DNA of 24,186 nucleotides from an uncultured virus (IMG/VR IMGVR_UViG_2061766007_002158) (lineage: Duplodnaviria; Heunggongvirae; Uroviricota; Caudoviricetes), in the IMG/VR virus record IMGVR_UViG_2061766007_002158; one strand, 5' to 3'. The notes beneath the pieces are model-generated. The model searched no databases and was not told the DNA's origin. It saw nothing but the letters and a program-made list of their open reading frames with translations. A program made the position numbers and the translations under genes. Positions 8,973 through 16,955 of the stretch are shown here, piece by piece; the first letter of the stretch is position 1, and each line of letters starts with the position of its first letter.

Positions 8973-9265
8973 ATATTTTCGGCAGGGTTTTACACAAGAT
9001 TAGATCATTTTTCAGACCTGAGAAAAAGGAAGCGATTGAATTTGACCCGATCAAAGAACGTGTTGATATGCTGCGGTTAGTCAATCCAGGCCTGGAAGAC
9101 ATTCCGGACGAGGTTATTATTCAGGAAATTACATCAACTGACCGGATGATTCGATTCCATTTACCATCAAAAGATGGAAGGATAGAACATCTCGCCCAAT
9201 ATGCCAGAAAGCGGCGTGTCAGAAAAAAGAATCAGCGCAGATTATCAATGCGAGAAAACAGGTGA
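8969..9265 (+). CDS. Hypothetical protein with basic C-terminus
   Basis: ATGA overlap with the upstream gene; HLAQYARKRRVRKKN tail. Confidence 0.7.
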   Translation: MNIFGRVLHKIRSFFRPEKKEAIEFDPIKERVDMLRLVNPGLEDIPDEVIIQEITSTDRMIRFHLPSKDGRIEHLAQYARKRRVRKKNQRRLSMRENR

Positions 9266-9579
9266 TTGCTATGACGTTCCCGGAACTTTACCAGCTAAGA
9301 GATCTAAAAAAAGAAATTGAAGAGCAGCAGCGGCGCATTACTAAGATTGACAATGAGGAATTGAAGGCGCTGCTCAATGTAAGCCTTACAGCTTATTGGA
9401 GAACATACATTGATCTGGAAATGTACATTAACAACATCCCTGATTCCTTTACACGACGAATCTTCCGCCTCCGATTTATTGACGGATATACCTGGAATAA
9501 AATCGCAATCCTTGTTGGAGGCAACCAGACAGGCGACAGCATCCGCAAGATTGTTACTCGATTTTTGGATAATGAATAA
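9262..9579 (+). CDS. Phage late transcriptional regulator (sigma region-4-like / RinA-ArpU-type)
   Basis: YINNIPDSFTRRIFRLRFIDGYTWNKIA...DSIRKIVTRF; last gene of the early operon before HNH. Confidence 0.75.
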   Translation: MIAMTFPELYQLRDLKKEIEEQQRRITKIDNEELKALLNVSLTAYWRTYIDLEMYINNIPDSFTRRIFRLRFIDGYTWNKIAILVGGNQTGDSIRKIVTRFLDNE

Positions 9580-9585
9580 TAAAAC

Positions 9586-9619
9586 TTGTCCGTTTTGTCC
9601 GGTTTTTTGAGTGTAAAAT
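9586..9619 (+). promoter_or_regulatory. Putative activator-dependent late promoter
   Basis: Direct repeat TTGTCCG (9586-9592, 9595-9601) followed by -10 TAAAAT (9614-9619), just after the regulator gene. Confidence 0.55.
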
Positions 9620-9673
9620 CAAGATATAAGAAGACTTCAACGGATTCACTCTCCTAAAGAAATAAAAGCAAGG

Positions 9674-9708
9674 AGCCTGTCTTATCGTATCGATACGGCA
9701 GGCTTTTT
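9674..9708 (+). terminator. Intrinsic terminator-like hairpin in the late leader
   Basis: AGCCTGTC...GGCAGGCT stem with inner TATCG/CGATA pairing, followed by a T run. Confidence 0.55.
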
Positions 9709-9732
9709 GCTTAACAGAGAGCGGCGATACAT

Positions 9733-10212
9733 TTGCCTATATCATACAAGTGCCCGTATTGCGGCAAGCCCGTTCAGGTGGGGCAAAAATGTGAGTGCAT
9801 TCACAAGGTGCAATCAACAAAAACGATTTACAGACCCACTAAAAAAAGACATTCCAGCGGCGCACGCTCCGGGGCGGTCTACGGGTCGGACCCTATGTAT
9901 CACTCAACCCTATGGAAGCGCCTATGCTCCGAGGCTAAGGAGCATTACAGCCACATGGATATTTATTCGTGGTACGTACTCGGGAAGATCGAAGTCGGCA
10001 CTATCGTCCATCATGTGATCCCGATAAAGGACGATTATGAGAAACGGTTTGACATTGGCAATCTGATTTATCTGACGTATGAAAATCATATATTGATTCA
10101 TCAGATATATTCACAATCAACCGAACGAAAAGCGCAAATGCAGAAGGAATTGATGGATTTGATTCGTCGATGGAATAATGAAAAAGCGCGTGGATTTTCA
10201 CAAGGCGGGTAG
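9733..10212 (+). CDS. Packaging-associated HNH endonuclease
   Basis: N-terminal CPYCGK...CEC; IVHHVIPI...NLIYLTYENHILIH; first late gene. Confidence 0.85.
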   Translation: MPISYKCPYCGKPVQVGQKCECIHKVQSTKTIYRPTKKRHSSGARSGAVYGSDPMYHSTLWKRLCSEAKEHYSHMDIYSWYVLGKIEVGTIVHHVIPIKDDYEKRFDIGNLIYLTYENHILIHQIYSQSTERKAQMQKELMDLIRRWNNEKARGFSQGG

Positions 10213-10300
10213 GGGGGGAGACCCGAAAGTTTCGGCCGGTCTGCCGCGACCGCACGCCCCAGAAAAACTTACGCAAAATTCTAAATAAAATTTTTTTGAG
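10210..10300 (+). other. Probable cos packaging region
   Basis: G-run, GC-rich GACCGCACGCCCC (10248-10260) and an AT-rich tract between HNH and an RBS+ATG at 10316 (presumed small terminase, lost in gap). Confidence 0.5.
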
Positions 10301-10328
10301 GATGCCGGGGTGAGGATGNNNNNNNNNN

Positions 10329-10759
10329 AGACCCGCCGACCATATTTCCTGTAAAATTCTCGGGTCGATGGCATTCAAAACCACATGGTGATGAATCCTC
10401 GTGCTGAGATATTCCGTCACGGAAATATATCTCAGCTCCGAACCGGCAGCCTTGTATTTTGCCCTTGCCGCCCGGATGAATCGTGCAAGCTCTTTTTTTG
10501 CCTCGGAAATGTCCGGCGCCTCGGAGTAAGTGAGCGTGATAAACAAATCACCCTTCCGGAAATTCTCGTTCAACAAAAGCCTCAACTTCATTTCCGAAAT
10601 CCTTTCATTGTTTTTCCTGACCGCTTCCGGCGTAGGATTGCAGTTGGGACCTCTTGGGAGATGTTTCCCGTACCGTGCGGAATAGGTCTTGTAGACCTCC
10701 ACCGTCTGACCGGCTCTATACTCTCTATATATGTACGGCATTGTGTCAGCTTCTTTCAC
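10329..10759 (-). CDS. Rolling-circle HUH-type Rep, N-terminal part
   Basis: Motif I LFITLTY, motif II RIHHHVVL; start GTG 10759 (AAGGAG RBS) or ATG 10741. Confidence 0.82.
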
Positions 10760-10770
10760 TTTTCTCCTTG

Positions 10771-10824
10771 ATGTCGGTAAAATAATACCTTAATCAAGGG
10801 GTCAAGCGGGCGAACCGCCCGCTT
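10771..10824 (-). other. Candidate Rep origin/nick region, copy 1
   Basis: 31-bp segment invariant in 3 copies plus an adjacent perfect 9-bp inverted repeat (10804-10824). Confidence 0.5.
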
Positions 10825-10839
10825 TTTTTGCACAAGATA

Positions 10840-10868
10840 TTGACACGCCGCTCTATATCTGGTATAAT
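10840..10868 (+). promoter_or_regulatory. Consensus sigma-A promoter antisense to the rep operon, copy 1
   Basis: TTGACA (10840-45), 17 bp, TATAAT (10863-68), TG extension. Confidence 0.85.
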
Positions 10869-10874
10869 AAATAT

Positions 10875-10944
10875 AGGTCTTTGGGGTGTGCCAACATCCT
10901 TGATTTTCTGGGCTTGTCCGAGTGGAGTCGGGCAAGCCCTTTTT
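10875..10944 (+). ncRNA. Putative counter-transcribed RNA, copy 1 (5' end approximate)
   Basis: Promoter, 5' hairpin GGGTGT-GCCA-ACATCC, 12-bp terminator stem 10910-10939 and T5. Confidence 0.7.
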
Positions 10945-11139
10945 CTATTTCTTTCGATTTTTCTCTAGCGCGGCTATCATCAGCCGCTCAAATTCAAAGC
11001 GCTGTTCATCCGAGAGGATCGGTGTATTGCATTTCACCTTGAATCGCTCATAGTGCGGGCGGATCAGCGGATGGTTGATGTTTAGCTGATACCCGTATGT
11101 ATTGTCCTTCGTGAAAATACTGGAATCATCTTCAACCAT
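10945..11139 (-). CDS. Small conserved protein upstream of rep (YGYxLNINHP family)
   Basis: Four alleles in the window. Confidence 0.75.
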   Translation of the reverse strand: MVEDDSSIFTKDNTYGYQLNINHPLIRPHYERFKVKCNTPILSDEQRFEFERLMIAALEKNRKK

Positions 11140-11347
11140 GCTTTTCCACCTTCCCTGTGTATTGATTCCGTCCCGCTTCGATGAGCTTCGGCTTGAGATT
11201 TCGCCTGATAATGGCATCGAGAATTCCGTCTGTCCACGTCCAGACTTCCACGGGATTTTCTCTATCTACCCCGTAGGCGTATTTCATAAGCCTTAACGCT
11301 TCATCGGCTGATTTGAGCAGGATTGCCTTAAAATCTTCTTGCGTCAT
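11132..11347 (-). CDS. Small hypothetical protein (MTQEDF family)
   Basis: AAGGAG RBS; alleles at 12254-12472 and 16031-16249. Confidence 0.75.
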   Translation of the reverse strand: MTQEDFKAILLKSADEALRLMKYAYGVDRENPVEVWTWTDGILDAIIRRNLKPKLIEAGRNQYTGKVEKHG

Positions 11348-11375
11348 GCTTGATCTCCTTTTCGTNNNNNNNNNN

Positions 11376-11549
11376 TTTCATTTCCGCAATCCTTTCATTG
11401 TTTTTCCTGACCGCTTCCGGAGTAGGATTGCTATTGGGACCTCTGGGAAGATGTTTCCCGTACCGTGCGGAATAGGTCTTGTAGACCTCTACCGTCTGAC
11501 CGGCTCTATACTCTCTGTATATGTACGGCATTATGTCAGCTTCTTTCAC
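11376..11549 (-). CDS. Rep 5' fragment, allele 2
   Basis: MPYIYREYRAGQTVEVYKTYSARYG... Confidence 0.7.
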
Positions 11550-11630
11550 TTTGTTCCTGAATGTCGGTAAAATAATACCTTAATCAAGGGGCTAAACGGG
11601 CGAACCGCCCGTTTTTTTTCATACAAGATG

Positions 11631-11659
11631 TTGACACTCCGCTTTTTATATGCTACAAT
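11631..11659 (+). promoter_or_regulatory. Antisense promoter, copy 2
   Basis: TTGACA (11631-36), 17 bp, TACAAT (11654-59), TG extension. Confidence 0.8.
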
Positions 11660-11664
11660 ATATA

Positions 11665-11740
11665 GGACGGATGTGTATCAGCATCTTGTTGTCCTTTCTT
11701 ATCTGGGCTTGTCCGAGTGTCAGTCGGGCAAGCTCTTTTT
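11665..11740 (+). ncRNA. Putative counter-transcribed RNA, copy 2 (5' end approximate)
   Basis: AGGAC/GTCCT and GATG/CATC hairpin; terminator stem 11705-11735 plus T5. Confidence 0.7.
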
Positions 11741-11935
11741 CTGTTTCTTCCTGTTTTTCTCTAACGCCGCAATCATCAGCCGCTCGAATTCAAAACGCTG
11801 TGCGTCTGAAAGAATCGGCGTGTTGCATCTTGCCTTGAACCGCTCATAATGTGGCCGAATCAGTGGATGGTTTACATTCAGCTTATAGCCGTACTTATTT
11901 TCGGGAGCGTAAATACTGGAATCGTCTGTAATCAC
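11720..11935 (-). CDS. YGYxLNINHP-family protein, allele 2
   Basis: Homologous to 10945-11139. Confidence 0.7.
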   Translation of the reverse strand: MITDDSSIYAPENKYGYKLNVNHPLIRPHYERFKARCNTPILSDAQRFEFERLMIAALEKNRKKQKKSLPD

Positions 11936-12054
11936 TTTTCCACCTTCCCTGTATATGGATTCCTGCCCGCTTCGATGAGCTTGTCTCTCAGTCTCCGACG
12001 TACAACTGCGTCCAGAATGCCGCTTGTAGCCGTCCAGACTTCCNNNNNNNNNNT

Positions 12055-12264
12055 TTACTCGCTTGCTTTATTCTCTTTCGCTTTCTTCTCAAGCCATGCT
12101 ATCATCAGCCGCTCGAATTCAAAGCGTTCTTCATCTGAGAGGATCGGAGTGTTGCACTTCCTCTTGAACCGCTCATAGTGAGGACTGATGAGCGGATGAT
12201 TTATGTTCAGCTTATAGCCGTAAGGATTCGGATTGGCATAAATGGTTGAATCATCAATTAACAC
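12055..12264 (-). CDS. YGYxLNINHP-family protein, allele 3
   Basis: Homologous to 10945-11139; GTG start. Confidence 0.7.
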   Translation of the reverse strand: MLIDDSTIYANPNPYGYKLNINHPLISPHYERFKRKCNTPILSDEERFEFERLMIAWLEKKAKENKASE

Positions 12265-12472
12265 GTTTTTCCACCTTTCCAGTGTGTGGATTTCTGCCCG
12301 CTTTGATGAGCTTCGGCTTGAGCTTTCGCCTGATAATGGCATCGAGAATCCCGTCCGCCCACGTCCAGACTTCTATGGGATTGTCACGATCCACGCCGTA
12401 GGTGAATTTCATAAGCCTTAACGCTTCATCGGCTGATTCAAGCAGGATTGCCTTAAAATCTTCTTGCGTCAT
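12254..12472 (-). CDS. MTQEDF-family protein
   Basis: Allele of 11132-11347. Confidence 0.7.
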   Translation of the reverse strand: MTQEDFKAILLESADEALRLMKFTYGVDRDNPIEVWTWADGILDAIIRRKLKPKLIKAGRNPHTGKVEKRVN

Positions 12473-12656
12473 GCTTGATCTCCTTTTCGTAGCCCTTACA
12501 GCCGTAAGCAATCGGAATGAAGACAGGCACAGCCGCTTTAATTCCCAGGCAGCTACTGCACGGCTTGTCACGATCATGCAAACAATTATCCGTTCCCTGC
12601 CATCGGCAGGTGGAACATTTACAACCGCTGCACCATTTTGAGAGTTTTCTTGCCAT
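12453..12656 (-). CDS. Cys-rich mini-protein (probable metal binding)
   Basis: CSGCKCSTC...C...CSSC...C; 8 Cys, conserved in the other complete allele. Confidence 0.7.
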   Translation of the reverse strand: MARKLSKWCSGCKCSTCRWQGTDNCLHDRDKPCSSCLGIKAAVPVFIPIAYGCKGYEKEIKHDARRF

Positions 12657-12673
12657 ATTCTCACCGCCTTCCT

Positions 12674-12883
12674 TCAAATCGCCCTAATCACTTCATAGAT
12701 CATAGCTACGCCGGAATCCCCGGTAACGACCACGCGCCGCGTCCCGCCACTCTGAAATGTAATTGTAACGGTTTCCCTTCCGGGTTCCACAGCATATGTA
12801 AGGCTGACAATTTTCCGGCCACCTCTTGTCTGCTGTAGAGCCGGAAGCAAATAATCAAGAATAATCTGCATATCCTCGTCCAT
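12674..12883 (-). CDS. Small hypothetical protein (MDEDMQ family)
   Basis: AGGAGGTGA RBS; alleles at 16559-16761, 16956-17165 and 23120-23286. Confidence 0.75.
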   Translation of the reverse strand: MDEDMQIILDYLLPALQQTRGGRKIVSLTYAVEPGRETVTITFQSGGTRRVVVTGDSGVAMIYEVIRAI

Positions 12884-13217
12884 TTTCTCACCTCCTGACA
12901 ATCAGATAAAACACCNNNNNNNNNNTTTTCCCTTCATTGATAAGGTCTGTTTGATTCCTGGGGAGCATGACCATGTAATCGCCGCTTCTGTATTCATACT
13001 GCTGTCTGTCTGACTTGTATCTGTGCCTGATCTGCTTGTCTACCATCATTGTCNNNNNNNNNNTTGTGAATTTTAGCAAGCGACGCGTCCGGCAGCCTTT
13101 TTGCAATGTCAATGAGCTTGTCGAGATATTCGTTATAAAATCTTTGCTTTTTGCCTCGAAGAATGGAATGAACCGTCGCCCTGTCGCGAATGTTCCTCTT
13201 TATCATCNNNNNNNNNN

Positions 13218-14932
13218 TTCCGCTTCTCTATCTTTCGGCTTGTGATGGAATGTGAGTGAAGCAGTTTTTTGGGATAGAGAACCATAGTGTCTTCCATGTT
13301 GTATTGGAGCGTCCTGCATTCCTCTGTATAATCCAGCCAGTCAGACAGCATGAGTTCAATATTGCTGTAAGTTTCTGTCATCTGAGTGGGAAGATAATCA
13401 AACACTATACGCCGCGTCACCTTTACGCCGAAAACTTCGATGCATTTTTTTAAGCGTGGATACAAGTTCTCAGGTGACGGCTTATTTTGGTCTTTGTCAG
13501 ATTTCATCTTAGCCAGCTTCACCCATTCCACTGCGTCAGGCTCTCCAAGAACCAGTCTGTAAATATCAAGCTGACTATGATTGAAATTGTATTTCCGAAT
13601 AACCTTTATATCGGACTTTCTGACATTGAGAAGCTTGTGCAATCGGCGATCCTGCTTAGTCGCAAACTTTGAGCTTGATAAAGAAACCGAGGATATACGC
13701 CATGAGCCATAACATACATCCCATGCAAGGGTGAATAATTTGGCTTTGACAAGCGCTTCTAACATTGGCTCCATTTTCCAGTGGAAGAGATAGGTTTCGG
13801 GATCGATTTCTCTTCCGTTAATTCTTGTCATGCCTTTCGCCGCTTCTTTAAGCCCTGAATATTCAAAAGGTGTGCCTCTCAGCTCCTGCGTCAAACCTTT
13901 TTGATACAGCGGGAACCAGAACGCTGGGACTGTAGTTGTACCTCCGCTATACCAGTAGTGATCCCGCTCTTCCACATATCTCCAGACTTTTTCTTCACCT
14001 TCACACATTGGGGTATAATGCTTGGATTTTGTGCCGTTGAATGGGATGAACGCTCGTGCATCTTCTGAGATTGTGATTTTTTCTTGTGCTATTATATTTT
14101 CTGTGTGAGTAATGCGGGAACAGGAGTAGAACCTTCTGAGCATCAACCCTGTGCTGATTTTGTTGATAATGACAAAAAATGTTGTCTGCTGAATATCATG
14201 AACCTTTCCCGCCGCTTTGAGAGTGACTTTCTTATGACAATGCGGGCATCTTACCTCGTCGTTGTGTTTATGACCGCCTGCCGCCAGACTGACGATAGAA
14301 TGACAATAACTGCATACGCCCTCAATCTGTTTTCCATGCCGCTTGTAGAAGATATATCGGTGCTTTGTAAACACTTTCTTTCTGACGTAATCCTCAATAT
14401 CAGACGGGATGGGCTTGAGCTGGCACATAAGAGAATTGATATATTGGCGTGTCTTTTCGTGCTGCCGCTGGAGCTTGGTATTTCGGTTTTGGTATTGGAA
14501 GGATAGTATGGCATCAGCAGACCGAATAACTGTATAGCCAAAATATTCAGTGGCAAGTATTTTGTCCGCGCTGCTTGGATAGGATACAAGCTCGGATATA
14601 CTGTATCGTTTGTTATACCATTCGTTATCTGGAATCGCCAGATTTTCAATGCAAGCTTCCGACCATCTTGCCGACGGCGGCAAATAGGTGATATCCCGCT
14701 CGATTTCCCTGTCGCAGAAGATAATCGCCTGTGCGGTTCCAGATTTATCAAACAGCGTTGCTTTCAGAATTCTGCTGTTTTTGATTTTGTGGACTGATAC
14801 ATGCATCTGATAAGCCTTTTCTATTCTGTGCGGTCTTGAATCATATTCATGTTCGGGCAATGCCAGAAGCTCCTTTTTGGTTACGCTCCATCTCGGAGGC
14901 GGTGGAGGTGGATAGATCGAGTTGTCTCTCAT
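13218..14932 (-). CDS. PcfJ-domain protein, divergent allele B (3' end in gap)
   Basis: CSYC...CPHC Zn motif, PMLEALVKA, WLDYTEEC...LYPKKLLHSH; a further piece lies at 12926-13053; follows a PcfK-like gene. Confidence 0.75.
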
Positions 14933-14944
14933 TTCCGATTCACC

Positions 14945-15299
14945 TCACAGAATATCAAAGAGTGAGATGATCTTGTTCTCGCTCTGATCAGCGGGAGCCT
15001 CGGTTTTCTCCTGCGAATTATCCACCGTTTCAACAGGCTTCTCCACGTCTCCGCCATTGATAATAATACGCATATCAAACTTGATGTCGGCTGTAGGAAA
15101 ATAGAACTTGACCGCTCTCTTGTAAACGTCNNNNNNNNNNGGAATTGACAACCGCCTGTGCAAAATCTTCGCTGCTCTCGCAGAACTGTTTCAGCGCTTC
15201 GGCTGTTGGCTTTGCTACAACCTCGCCGTAACGGTTTCCCTTGAATTCTGCGGATTCCTTCTTTATCTTTTCAATAGCCTGATTCTGAATATCGTTCAT
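14945..15299 (-). CDS. PcfK-like protein, allele B (gap inside)
   Basis: MNDIQNQAIEKI...VYKRAVKFYFP...IISLFDIL, homologous to 5047-5448. Confidence 0.65.
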
Positions 15300-15364
15300 A
15301 ATCTTTGTCTCCTTTAAAATCGTAATCGTTTGGGATTTTGCCTTTTTTCAATTTNNNNNNNNNN

Positions 15365-15618
15365 GAGTCTTAATCTCATTTCCGCAATCCTTTCATTGTT
15401 TTTCTTCACTGCCTCGGACGTAGGATTGCAGTTGGGACCTCTTGGGAGATGTTTCCCGTACCGTGCGGNNNNNNNNNNAAGTCTTAATTTCATTTCCGCG
15501 ATCCTCTCATTGTTTTTCTTCACTGCCTCGGACGTAGGATTGCAGTTGGGACCTCGCGGAAGATGCTTTCCGTACCGTGCGGAATAGGTTTTATAGACCT
15601 CCACCGTAGAACCTGCAC
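15365..15618 (-). CDS. Two further Rep 5' fragments separated by a gap
   Basis: ARYGKHLPRGPNCNPTSEAVKKNNERIAEM occurs twice with different synonymous bases. Confidence 0.65.
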
Positions 15619-15713
15619 NNNNNNNNNNNNGCTTTTCTCCTTGATGTCGGTAAAATAATACCTTAATCAAGGGGTTAAAGGGGCAAATTGCCCCTTTTTT
15701 CAAACACAAGATA

Positions 15714-15742
15714 TTGACACGCCGCTGTAGATGTGCTACAAT
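15714..15742 (+). promoter_or_regulatory. Antisense promoter, copy 3
   Basis: TTGACA (15714-19), 17 bp, TACAAT (15737-42), TG extension. Confidence 0.8.
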
Positions 15743-15747
15743 ATATA

Positions 15748-15828
15748 TGCACATAGGTGTGTCAACATCTTGTGTAATCCTTTCTTATCTGTGGGCTTGT
15801 CCGAATTGCAGTCGGGTAAGCCCTTTTT
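15748..15828 (+). ncRNA. Putative counter-transcribed RNA, copy 3 (5' end approximate)
   Basis: TGCACA/TGTGTA and AGGTGT-GTCA-ACATCT hairpin; terminator stem 15793-15823 plus T5. Confidence 0.7.
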
Positions 15829-15831
15829 CTT

Positions 15832-16041
15832 TTACTCGCTTGTTTTCGTCTCTTTCGCTTTCTTCTCAAGCCATGCTATCATAAGCCGCTCGAATTCAAA
15901 TCTTTCCTCATCTGAGAGGATCGGTGTTCCGCATTTCCGCTTGAATCTTTCATAATGCGGGCTGATGAGCGGATGATTGATATTCAGCTTATAGCCGTAA
16001 GGATTCGGGTTGGCGTAAATGGTTGAATCATCAATTAACAC
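15832..16041 (-). CDS. YGYxLNINHP-family protein, allele 4
   Basis: Homologous to 10945-11139. Confidence 0.7.
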   Translation of the reverse strand: MLIDDSTIYANPNPYGYKLNINHPLISPHYERFKRKCGTPILSDEERFEFERLMIAWLEKKAKETKTSE

Positions 16042-16249
16042 GTTTTTCCACCTTTCCAGTGTATGGATTTCTGCCCGCTTGAATGAGCTTGTCTCTCAGT
16101 TTCCGACGTACAACTGCGTCCAGAATGCCGCTTGTAGCCGTCCAGACTTCCACGGGATTCTCCCGATCCACTCCGTACAAATATTTCATCATCTTTAACG
16201 CTTCGTCTGCGGACTTGTTCAGCAGTTCCTTAAATTCTTCATGCGTCAT
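16031..16249 (-). CDS. MTQEDF-family protein (MTHEEF allele)
   Basis: Homologous to 11132-11347. Confidence 0.7.
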   Translation of the reverse strand: MTHEEFKELLNKSADEALKMMKYLYGVDRENPVEVWTATSGILDAVVRRKLRDKLIQAGRNPYTGKVEKRVN

Positions 16250-16433
16250 GCTTGATCTCCTTTTCGTAGCCCTTACAGCCGTAAGCAATCGGAATGTGGA
16301 CAGGCACAGCCGCTTTCATTCCATGACAGCTATTGCAAGGCTTGTCACGATCATGCAGACAATTGTCCGTACCCTGCCAACGGCAGGTAGAACACTTGCA
16401 GCCAGAACACCATTTTGACAGCTTCCTCGCCAT
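16239..16433 (-). CDS. Cys-rich mini-protein allele
   Basis: Homologous to 12453-12656; further partial alleles at 16466-16548 and 16804-16944. Confidence 0.7.
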   Translation of the reverse strand: MARKLSKWCSGCKCSTCRWQGTDNCLHDRDKPCNSCHGMKAAVPVHIPIAYGCKGYEKEIKHDA

Positions 16434-16955
16434 ATTCACACCTCCTGAAAAAAAANNNNNNNNNNTACAGCCGCTTTCATTCCCAGACAGCTATTACACG
16501 GCTTGTCACGATCATGCAGACAATTGTCCGTACCCTGCCAACGGCAGGNNNNNNNNNNTTCTTAAGCACATCCCGCATCATCTCAATGCCTGAATCTCCT
16601 GTCACCGTGACGGTTTGTTTTCCGCCACTCTGATAATGAATCGTTACGGTTTCCCGTCCCGGCTCAACAGCGTAAACCAGACGAACGACCTTCCATCCAG
16701 CGCGGGTGCGCTGTAATGACATCAGCAGAAAGTCACAAATCAACTGCATATCCTCGTCCATTTTCTCACCTCCTGACAATCAGATAAAACACCNNNNNNN
16801 NNNGATGTGTACAGGCACAGCCGCTTTCATTCCCAGACAGCTATTACACGGCTTGTCACGATCTTGCAGACAGTTATCCGTTCCCTGCCATCGGCAGGTA
16901 GAACATTTACATCCTTTACACCACTTTGAGAGTTTCTTTGCCATTTCATCATCAC

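Noticed and set aside
10001..10759. Long ORFs crossing gaps (2807-3784, 6667-7224, 10001-10759, 15314-15754) as novel fusion proteins
   Set aside because: They are chimeras read through N runs that join unrelated fragments.
10875..11139. Type I toxin-antitoxin reading of the small RNA
   Set aside because: The adjacent convergent protein is hydrophilic and barely overlapped, and the RNA covers the rep leader; replication control fits better, though a toxin-antitoxin role is not formally excluded.
15365..15618. Tandem repeats or a CRISPR-like array
   Set aside because: The repeats are allelic coding fragments separated by Ns, with no repeat-spacer periodicity and no cas genes.
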